From Candidatus Minusculum obligatum (GTDB lineage Bacteria > Patescibacteriota > Minisyncoccia > Phycocordibacterales > Phycocordibacteraceae): a DNA stretch of 64,000 nucleotides. A program made the position numbers and the translations under genes. Below, one piece after another: positions 51,225 to 57,934 of the stretch. Below the pieces are notes generated by a model. That model was not told the DNA's origin and ran no database searches. It worked only from the letters and a program-made list of their open reading frames with translations. Where the stretch lies: positions 419,079 to 483,078 of the forward strand of contig CP174360.1 of the NCBI GenBank assembly GCA_045401155.1, given 5' to 3'. The number at the start of each line of letters is the position of its first letter. Position 1 is the stretch's first letter.

Positions 51225-51698
51225 TTAATTTAAGAAGAAAAAGCCAGTATTTAGGTACGTTGCAAATAGTGCCCAGAGTAGATACGGCACCAAAAGATAT
51301 GCTGTTGTCCTCGAAATCTTATAAAAGCGCAATATGACTACTACAATCAAGATATCAAGAAGTACGATGACCCCAAGTGCCATTGCTACATTCTGCTCCC
51401 CAAAGAAAATAAGTGACCAGGCAGTATTAACCACAAGGTGCGCAAGATAAATTCCCAAAGCACGAACGCGCCCCTTCTTTCCACTTTTGTACACAAGGTA
51501 CGAAGCAATACCCATAAGCGTGTACAGAAGTAGCCATACTGGACCAAAAATAAAATCTGGAGGCGTGAGTGGAGGACTCACAAGTGTCTTATACCAAGAA
51601 TCAACACTTGAGATCGTTCCTAGACTTCCAATTAATCCTGCAGACTGCGCAATTGCGACCGCAACAAGAATATAAAGAAATTCTTTTATTTTATTCAT
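51225..51698 (-). CDS. tspO: TspO/MBR family tryptophan-rich sensory protein
   Basis: Five TM helices, W/Y-rich; a PLTPPDFIFGPVWLLLY-type motif is typical of TspO. Confidence 0.85.
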   Translation of the reverse strand: MNKIKEFLYILVAVAIAQSAGLIGSLGTISSVDSWYKTLVSPPLTPPDFIFGPVWLLLYTLMGIASYLVYKSGKKGRVRALGIYLAHLVVNTAWSLIFFGEQNVAMALGVIVLLDILIVVVILRFYKISRTTAYLLVPYLLWALFATYLNTGFFFLN

Positions 51699-51702
51699 AT
51701 AT

Positions 51703-52293
51703 TTATTGTAAACCCTTTACCTCTTTGTATCGAAAACAATCTACAGCATGGTCATTTACCATTCCTGATGCCTGCATGTGCGCATACACCGTTGTTGGTC
51801 CCAAAAATTTAAATCCTCTCTTTTTTAAATCTTTTGCAAATGCTTCTGATTCTTTTGTCACTGCAGGATAGTCTTTACTTGTTTTAATTTTACTTTGCAT
51901 CGGCTTTCCACCAACAAAGCTCCACATATACACATCAAAAGACCCGAATTCTTTTTGAACCTCTAAAAATCTTTTTGCATTATTGATTGTGGCCTCTATT
52001 TTTTTTCTATTTCGAATAATAGACGAATCTTGAAGCATCTTTTTAATATCCACCTCTGTAAGCTTTGCAACCTTCTTTGGATCAAAATTTTTAAAGTTTT
52101 TTCTATACCCTTCTCGTTTTTTAAGGATCGTCTCCCAAGAAAGACCAGCCTGTGCACTTTCAAGTGTTAGAAACTCAAAAATCTTTTGATCATCATGCAT
52201 AGGCACACCCCACTCTTCATCGTGATACCTAATGTAGAAATCTTTATCTTCTGGAACCCATGGGCAGCGTGTTTTATTTTTCATCTTTTTCAA
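51703..52293 (-). CDS. tag: DNA-3-methyladenine glycosylase I
   Basis: RCPWV..D..Y..YHD.EWG (Tag zinc-snap motif), TLESAQAGLSW. Confidence 0.9.
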   Translation of the reverse strand: MKKMKNKTRCPWVPEDKDFYIRYHDEEWGVPMHDDQKIFEFLTLESAQAGLSWETILKKREGYRKNFKNFDPKKVAKLTEVDIKKMLQDSSIIRNRKKIEATINNAKRFLEVQKEFGSFDVYMWSFVGGKPMQSKIKTSKDYPAVTKESEAFAKDLKKRGFKFLGPTTVYAHMQASGMVNDHAVDCFRYKEVKGLQ

Positions 52294-52639
52294 ACTCTAG
52301 ACACATAGAGTTTACACAATGCCGGACATTTTTATCTGTCATCCCCTCTCCTTTAAATACATGTCCTAAGTGAGCACCACAATTTGCACACACAATCTCT
52401 GTGCGAATACCATCTGTATCTAAAACTTCCTCCACCGCACCATCTATCGCATCATCAAAACTTGGCCAACCGGTTCCTGAATCAAACTTTGCACCTGAAT
52501 CAAAGAGCTTTGCACCACAGCGCTTACACGTATACATTCCCTCCTCCTTGTGATCTATAAACTCACCAGTAAAAGGCATTTCCGTACCTTTATCTTCGAT
52601 AATACGTTTTTCTTCTGGAGTTAGTTCTTTCATTACCAC
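52274..52639 (-). CDS. msrB: peptide-methionine (R)-S-oxide reductase
   Basis: Two CxxC zinc pairs, GTGWPSF, RTEIVCANCGAHLGHVF. Confidence 0.95.
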   Translation of the reverse strand: MVMKELTPEEKRIIEDKGTEMPFTGEFIDHKEEGMYTCKRCGAKLFDSGAKFDSGTGWPSFDDAIDGAVEEVLDTDGIRTEIVCANCGAHLGHVFKGEGMTDKNVRHCVNSMCLEFEKDEK

Positions 52640-52660
52640 AAGTATATCAAAGAAAAATAC

Positions 52661-53602
52661 TTAGAGAGTCATGAAAAGAGCACCTTTGCTTCCATCTAAA
52701 TTAATTTCATAAATATTAAATTGTTCTTTTGCTCCAGGCATGCCTGGAGAACCGCTTGGCATACCTGCCATGCCAATACCTTTTATAGGCGGCCTTTCCG
52801 CAAGAAGCTTTTGTACAGCCTCTTCAGGAACATGTCCTTCAACCACGTACCCTCCAATCGTCATAGTATGACAGCTTCCAAGTTCACTTGGAACACCAAA
52901 CTGCTCTTTTATAGCAATGAGCTCATCTGTATTTTCTGCAACCACATCGTATCCCTTACCTTGAAGGTGTGCGACATATCCTGAACAACATCCACATGTA
53001 GGTGACTTATATACGGTTGCGATAATATCTTTTGCTTCAATCATTGCGACTTCGCTAGAACTGATCTCTCGATAAATATCACGCATGAGATTTATTTCTT
53101 CTGACTGATTTACAATGATTGCATTAGCAAGAGCTGTTATTTCTTCATGCTCTGCAATTGGAAGCACTGTTTGAGCCATCATGATTGCACCCATGTGATG
53201 CATAGTCATATCATGAAGGAATACTCGATCAAGATTTTCTCCTGAAAGAGATTCGAGCTCCCTCATCATGGGCACGTACACGCCCTGATCTATGTACTCT
53301 TCTTCATACCACTTCTTATAATTTTCCTTCATTTGAGCGACTTCTTTTGTCTGTGTTGAGATAATGTTTTCTGAGAGAGAAACCATACGCTCTACTGTTC
53401 CGCCACGCCCAAGAACTTCTTGTGCTGTAGAAATAGCCTCTTCGTGGTGTGGAATCATGTGCTCTAAAAATTCACGCTCATTAGAGAAGTTTGGAACCAT
53501 CGCATGTTGTACCGGTTGCTTTTCCATAAATGAATTGTTTAAAAACAAAACTGCCACAGCAACCACAACCCCTCCCAAAAGAATTAATCCTGCATTTTTC
53601 AT
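52661..53602 (-). CDS. DUF305 (ferritin-like, HH-motif) fused to CopG/DUF411-like CxCC metal-binding domain; putative periplasmic copper-homeostasis protein
   Basis: Signal/TM N-terminus; twin HH motifs (MIPHHEEAI, MTMHHMGAIMMAQ); C-terminal TCGCCSG...SCHTM, a CopG-type CxCC motif. Confidence 0.65.
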   Translation of the reverse strand: MKNAGLILLGGVVVAVAVLFLNNSFMEKQPVQHAMVPNFSNEREFLEHMIPHHEEAISTAQEVLGRGGTVERMVSLSENIISTQTKEVAQMKENYKKWYEEEYIDQGVYVPMMRELESLSGENLDRVFLHDMTMHHMGAIMMAQTVLPIAEHEEITALANAIIVNQSEEINLMRDIYREISSSEVAMIEAKDIIATVYKSPTCGCCSGYVAHLQGKGYDVVAENTDELIAIKEQFGVPSELGSCHTMTIGGYVVEGHVPEEAVQKLLAERPPIKGIGMAGMPSGSPGMPGAKEQFNIYEINLDGSKGALFMTL

Positions 53603-53662
53603 AGTTTTCCAATTCTACACTAGTAAACAAAAGACGTTAAATTCATTTGCTACACTGTATGC

Positions 53663-54115
53663 ATGAACCACTATAAAAATCTTTTTCTTTCAATTGCAAC
53701 AAGCTTTTTAGTAATGTACGCGCTTACGTATATTGCTGTATACGCATGGGGTGACATCTATTTATTTAGCACCCGAAGTTTATACATGGCTATGATCATG
53801 ATTGCGCCAATGATCTTGATTATGCTCATTTTTATGGGAAACATGTATAAAAACAAAAAACTAAATACTGCATTGTACGTATTTAGTATTGGCTTATTTT
53901 TTCTCTCTTTCCTCTTTATACGAAAGCAAGTGTTTGTAGACGATACACAATTTTTACGCTCTATGATTCCCCACCACTCAAGCGCAATTACCATGTGTAA
54001 AGAAAGTTCCCTATCTGACTCAGAAGTTATTGAGCTTTGCGAGAACATCATTACTGCTCAACAAAAAGAAATAGACCAGATGAACTCTATTTTAGAACGA
54101 CTAAAAAATAACTAG
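53663..54115 (+). CDS. membrane-anchored DUF305-like protein (single HH repeat)
   Basis: Three TM helices, then MIPHHSSAITM...CENIITAQQKEIDQM. Paralogous to the N-terminal half of the divergent 52661..53602 product. Confidence 0.5.
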   Translation: MNHYKNLFLSIATSFLVMYALTYIAVYAWGDIYLFSTRSLYMAMIMIAPMILIMLIFMGNMYKNKKLNTALYVFSIGLFFLSFLFIRKQVFVDDTQFLRSMIPHHSSAITMCKESSLSDSEVIELCENIITAQQKEIDQMNSILERLKNN

Positions 54116-54131
54116 AGCTAAAGAAAGTTAA

Positions 54132-54189
54132 GTTAAAAAGAAAAACCAGCAGTCGCTGGAATTTCTTTTTTTGGATTTATCCAAAATTG
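54132..54189. repeat. 58-bp direct repeat copy 1 (bidirectional terminator hairpin + TTTGGAT-NN-ATCCAAA palindrome)
   Basis: gttaaaaagaaaaaCCAGCagtcGCTGGaatttctttttttGGATttATCCaaaattg. Identical to 55032..55089 except for 3 nt; the two copies are exactly 900 bp apart. Confidence 0.85.
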
Positions 54190-54219
54190 AAGCGATTAGG
54201 AGCTGGTTGGAATCTTTAC

Positions 54220-54819
54220 TTAACTAAGACTCTTAAGATCTTCAATAATCTCTGAAAACTCATTCTCATTGAAGTGTCCTCTGTCTTTAAATGCTCGTAT
54301 ACGAGCATTTGGTAACAACTCTTGATATCTTGATAAGTGAGAGAACGGAACAACCTGATCATCCTCGCTATGATACAGATAAATATCTGACACCTGTTCA
54401 CGAAGCAATGAAAGGTCATTCTCAATATTAAAGTCCACATATGGATCTTTTTCTATTGAATTAAATGGTGCAGCAACTAAAAACAGTGCTTTAATTTCTT
54501 TTTGATATTTTTCTTCAGAAAGATACTTTGCAAGAAATATTGCACCTAGAGAATGCCCAATACACACCACCTTCTCATCAAGAAGTGGAACTATCTTTTC
54601 AAACATTATCTTCCACTCAGAATATTTTGCATTATCTCTGCAAGGCATTGATGGCATGAGAATATCGTAACCATCTCCTAAAACAGATTGCAGATGCATC
54701 TTCCAACCACCGGGCCGTAATCTAGTCAGTGTTATTTCTTTCTCTTTGAGTGCTTGGAGGTATCCATCATGAGTTTCGTATGCACTTCCTCCACTAATAA
54801 CAACAATTTGTTTTTTCAT
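54220..54819 (-). CDS. alpha/beta hydrolase, YdeN/RBBP9-like serine hydrolase
   Basis: Nucleophile elbow GHSLGA with downstream Asp/His. The start is placed at MKKQIVVISGG, because the longer track ORF (to 54885) would read through a GC-rich terminator hairpin. Confidence 0.7.
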   Translation of the reverse strand: MKKQIVVISGGSAYETHDGYLQALKEKEITLTRLRPGGWKMHLQSVLGDGYDILMPSMPCRDNAKYSEWKIMFEKIVPLLDEKVVCIGHSLGAIFLAKYLSEEKYQKEIKALFLVAAPFNSIEKDPYVDFNIENDLSLLREQVSDIYLYHSEDDQVVPFSHLSRYQELLPNARIRAFKDRGHFNENEFSEIIEDLKSLS

Positions 54820-54832
54820 ATTAAAAGTATAA

Positions 54833-55005
54833 CAAAAAAGGAAAAGCCCCTCCTGAGCACCATGAAGGCGGGAGGGGCTGACCATAGCCAGACATTGTCT
54901 GACCGTATTTGCCCCTGGGTCTCTAGAGCTCTTGCTCTTTGTAGGCGTGCACTTACGCCTCGTTGTTCGGTCGAAGACCTACTCCCAGGGAAGAAAACTG
55001 ATCCA
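54833..55005 (-). ncRNA. candidate structured 5' leader (riboswitch/attenuator) or small RNA ending in an intrinsic terminator
   Basis: A roughly 170-nt GC-rich island in an AT-rich intergenic region. Predicted hairpins: GGUC-UUCG-GACC, GGCGU-AAGUGC-ACGCC, CAGAC-AAU-GUCUG, a CCCUGGG...CCCAGGG closing helix, then GCCCCUCC-N15-GGAGGGGC plus UUUUCCUUUUUU 13 nt before the hydrolase ATG. A perfect TATAAT lies just upstream at 55012..55017. Confidence 0.35.
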
Positions 55006-55031
55006 AAATAAATTATATTGAATAATAATTT

Positions 55032-55089
55032 TTTGTCAAAAAGAAAAACCAGCAGTCGCTGGAATTTCTTTTTTTGGATAAATCCAAAA
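55032..55089. repeat. 58-bp direct repeat copy 2 (terminator for tRNA-Ala)
   Basis: Same sequence as 54132..54189 with tt to aa in the palindrome loop and t to c at the 5' edge. Immediately 3' of tRNA-Ala. Confidence 0.85.
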
Positions 55090-55092
55090 TTG

Positions 55093-55166
55093 TGGACTCG
55101 AGAGGAATCGAACCCCCGACCTCCTCAGTGCAAATGAGGCGCTCTAGCCAACTGAGCTACGAGCCC
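55093..55166 (-). tRNA. tRNA-Ala (anticodon UGC)
   Basis: Manual fold: acceptor GGGCUCG/CGAGUCC with the G3:U70 Ala identity pair, D-arm GCUC-AGUUGGCUA-GAGC, anticodon stem CCUCA/UGAGG with loop UUUGCAC, T-loop GGUUCGAUUCC, discriminator A. CCA is not encoded. Confidence 0.9.
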
Positions 55167-55336
55167 ATAAATGCGCATACGCGCAAAATGAGCAGCGGGA
55201 GGCGGAGCAAGGACGAACGTCCTACCTGAACGCTCCGCCTCCCCGTTCGCTGGAGTACGGCTCATGAACGAACCAATGGGGACGGTGCCCACTGCCTGCT
55301 CGGAACTAAGCGAACGTAAGTAGGAGAATACAAGAC

Positions 55337-56260
55337 TTATCGCTTTAGCGCAAGGTCTTTTACATGTGCAATAAACTCTTCTGTATTTGAGCCAACTGCA
55401 GAAAGCGCCTTAGAAAATAGTGATCCCTCATGGAATTTTGGAAGTGCGTTTGCCTCAAGGAAGTACACCTTTCGTGGAGTCACCAAGAAATCCACCTTTG
55501 CATAATGCCGAAGATCAAGGGCTTTAAACACTTCCTTCGTAGACGCTTCAATAATCTCTTTTTGTTCTCTACTAAAACTTCCTGGGCACCGGTCTCTCCA
55601 CTCTCCATTTATCTTCTCAATCTCAACAGGAGGAATAAGATACAAGGGTGTATCTCTATACCCTTCAATAATGTAGACGCTTGCCTCCTTTCCTCGAATA
55701 AACTCCTCAAACACAATTGGACCGTGCTCAATTAGCTCATGAGATGCGTCATAGAGCTCCTCTGGTGTCGTTGCAATACGTACCCAATGACTTCCCTCGC
55801 CAAACACTGACTTAACTACAATCGGAAGACCTAAGTTACGAACTGCAAGCGCACCCCTTGCCTCTATATCTTCTGTCTTCTCACATAAAACATACCGTGG
55901 AATATCAATGCCTCGTTCTTTCACGGTCTCCTTTGAAAGCACTTTGTGTGAACAAATAAATGATGGGAGCGCTGTAGATCCTGTAAATGGAACCTTGTGT
56001 TGATTTAGAATCTTCTGCACTTTCCCGTCCTCTCCATATGGCCCATGTAGTGCATTAAACACAAGATCAACCATCGTCAAAACCTTGTGAGGATCCACTG
56101 GACGCCCTCTGTCATGCCATACGCCATCTTTATCTATAAAGACATCTCTATGCGTCCCCGGAGACGAATAGAGATGATCTAATACGAGCTGACCACTTTT
56201 AAGAGAAGCTTTGTGATCTAGAGAGGGCCCACCACGAAGTACAGCTACAACATTACTCAT
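55337..56260 (-). CDS. ddl: D-alanine--D-alanine ligase
   Basis: ATP-grasp fold; N-terminal VAVLRGGPSLDH and FNALHGPYGEDGKVQ, C-terminal LEANALP. Confidence 0.9.
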   Translation of the reverse strand: MSNVVAVLRGGPSLDHKASLKSGQLVLDHLYSSPGTHRDVFIDKDGVWHDRGRPVDPHKVLTMVDLVFNALHGPYGEDGKVQKILNQHKVPFTGSTALPSFICSHKVLSKETVKERGIDIPRYVLCEKTEDIEARGALAVRNLGLPIVVKSVFGEGSHWVRIATTPEELYDASHELIEHGPIVFEEFIRGKEASVYIIEGYRDTPLYLIPPVEIEKINGEWRDRCPGSFSREQKEIIEASTKEVFKALDLRHYAKVDFLVTPRKVYFLEANALPKFHEGSLFSKALSAVGSNTEEFIAHVKDLALKR

Positions 56261-56299
56261 AACGTTATTTTAGCACCTCTTTAAATATTCTTCTAAAAG

Positions 56300-57001
56300 T
56301 TAGTTTGGTTGCCCTCCATCCTCTGAGTTATCTTGCGCATTATCACAGTTGAAGTCCTGCAAATCAATTAGTCCGTCTCCATCATTATCGATTCCATCAC
56401 TACATTGCGGAGCAGCTGGACCTGCGTATAGTCCCGCAGACTGTGCTTGAGAGATTGTGTATGTTGCATTTGTACTTGGGATAAAGTTTCCGTCACATAC
56501 AAAGCGCCCTAGATAACACGCGGTTCCGTCAGTTGTACAATCATTTCTGTCTTCTGAACAAGAATCAGAACCTAACACAACCCACCCTTGTGCCTTTGCA
56601 CTTGCTGAGAGCCTGGTAGTGCAATAATCTTGATACCCTTCTTTGTTTGGACCATCTGTTGTTGCAGCAGGAAATACTCCTACACGCTCAAACGTACACA
56701 CTTCATTAAATCCTGGAACACTTACTGCAGGCCAGTCTGTAATGCAGTTGTTTGAACCCCCAAGACAAAAAGAATTTGAGGCAAGCACATTTACTCCCGC
56801 AAGTGCTCCTGCAACAAGGTCACCAGACTTTGATTGAGCGGAACTCCCAACATTTATTGGAGCTTCCACGTTTCCATTTGGAAAACTTTCACTTGGTTGC
56901 GTAAAATTAGCAGCATATACGATACCTCCCGCAAGCAAGAATACAAAAAGTGCTCCTGGAATTGCATGTACTATTTTTTTTGTCATAATCTCTTTTTTCA
57001 T
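56300..57001 (-). CDS. secreted cysteine-rich hypothetical protein (paralog A)
   Basis: Signal peptide (...GGIVYA/ANF), 12 Cys, C-terminal D/G/N-rich tail. Collinear homology with the 57017..57628 product. Confidence 0.5.
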   Translation of the reverse strand: MKKEIMTKKIVHAIPGALFVFLLAGGIVYAANFTQPSESFPNGNVEAPINVGSSAQSKSGDLVAGALAGVNVLASNSFCLGGSNNCITDWPAVSVPGFNEVCTFERVGVFPAATTDGPNKEGYQDYCTTRLSASAKAQGWVVLGSDSCSEDRNDCTTDGTACYLGRFVCDGNFIPSTNATYTISQAQSAGLYAGPAAPQCSDGIDNDGDGLIDLQDFNCDNAQDNSEDGGQPN

Positions 57002-57016
57002 AAAACGAATAATATC

Positions 57017-57628
57017 TTATCTTTCTTCTGAATTATTATCTCCGCCCCCACTTCCACCTCCATACAACGCCTCAAACACAGCTTGACCTTGGTCAATTTT
57101 TCTAATACTTGTTGCTGCCGTCTGATCATCACATGAAAGACGAATGAACATACACGCGACACCATCTGTCGTACAGTTGCCACGATCTTCTGAACAAGCA
57201 TCTGAACTTACAGGTACCCAGCCATCTGCACGAGCAGCACTTGTAAGCTGCCCATTACAGTAATCTTGATACCCTTCCATGTTTGGACTATTTGTATTTG
57301 CTGGAGGGAACACACCAACACGTTCAAGCAAACAAACTTGTGCGTAATCAAGTGTACCGGACTCCCACCAATCACTAATACAGTTGTCAGCTCCTAGACA
57401 AAAAAGATTTGATGCGCTAACCGTTCCTGCACCAAGAGATGCCGCTGCAAGATTTCCTGATTTTTCCTGAGAAAAACTACTCTTATTTACTGGTGCAGCA
57501 ATATTCCCTCCTGTAGGATCTGTCGTTGGGTTTGTAAAAGATGCAACAGAAACAGCACCGATAAGAAGAACTCCCAAAAGCGCTCCTGCCCGCAGATACT
57601 TAGACCAATACTGTAGTGTGTTTTTCAT
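57017..57628 (-). CDS. secreted cysteine-rich hypothetical protein (paralog B)
   Basis: Signal peptide; shares FT(N/Q)P..P.GN(I/V)(E/A)AP(I/V)N..S..Q.KSG(D/N)L.A..LGAG.V.ASN.FCLG..NCI(S/T)DW and later ERVGVFP..T..PN.EGYQDYC with paralog A. Confidence 0.5.
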   Translation of the reverse strand: MKNTLQYWSKYLRAGALLGVLLIGAVSVASFTNPTTDPTGGNIAAPVNKSSFSQEKSGNLAAASLGAGTVSASNLFCLGADNCISDWWESGTLDYAQVCLLERVGVFPPANTNSPNMEGYQDYCNGQLTSAARADGWVPVSSDACSEDRGNCTTDGVACMFIRLSCDDQTAATSIRKIDQGQAVFEALYGGGSGGGDNNSEER

Positions 57629-57629
57629 A

Positions 57630-57926
57630 TTAATTACTCTCTATATTACCACCAGGAATCTGGTCTAGCATGTTAATAAGATCCTCTCCTGAGACTCTCT
57701 TTTCTTCTGGAGTATCAATCTTTTCCAATTCAGAAAAGATGCGTTCTTCCTGTGTTGGAAATAGATTCATAAACGCATTTCGTAGTGCCGGTACAAAATA
57801 TGCCGATACCCCAAGTAGAATTATGAATAATACTACTCCAATTAACATTGCTTTTTTATTATCTCCTCCATTATTTTGAGAAGACATTTGTGACTGCATT
57901 TCAGGCTGTGTGTTTTGTGTTTCCAT
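57630..57926 (-). CDS. small single-TM protein, hypothetical
   Basis: 98 aa; central TM AMLIGVVLFIILLGVSAYFV. Confidence 0.4.
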   Translation of the reverse strand: METQNTQPEMQSQMSSQNNGGDNKKAMLIGVVLFIILLGVSAYFVPALRNAFMNLFPTQEERIFSELEKIDTPEEKRVSGEDLINMLDQIPGGNIESN

Positions 57927-57934
57927 ATGCTTTT

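Noticed and set aside
54820-54885. 22-codon N-terminal extension of the hydrolase ORF (MVSPSRLHGAQEGLFLFCYTFN)
   Set aside because: It would be encoded by the GC-rich terminator hairpin and U-tract. The conserved MKKQIVVISGG start with an upstream AT-rich spacer is far more plausible.
54754-55011. 85-aa plus-strand ORF spanning the GC-rich region upstream of the hydrolase gene
   Set aside because: It runs through a terminator-like hairpin and the structured leader and has no RBS. The region is better explained as a structured RNA on the opposite strand.
54886-55035. Possibility that the GC-rich island is SRP (4.5S) RNA, 6S RNA, or a glycine / yybP-ykoY riboswitch
   Set aside because: The conserved SRP domain IV motifs (GGAA tetraloop with AGGAAGCAGC / GGCAG) are absent. 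Partial similarities such as GGGAGUAGG and AGGGGCAAA are too short to support a class assignment, so the element is reported only as an unclassified structured RNA candidate.
55012-55036. Apparent consensus sigma-70 promoter TTGACA ... TATAAT on the minus strand upstream of the structured leader
   Set aside because: On careful counting the spacer is 13 nt, not 16-18. The TTGACA is part of the repeat T-tail, so only the -10 TATAAT is credible; I do not call a full promoter.
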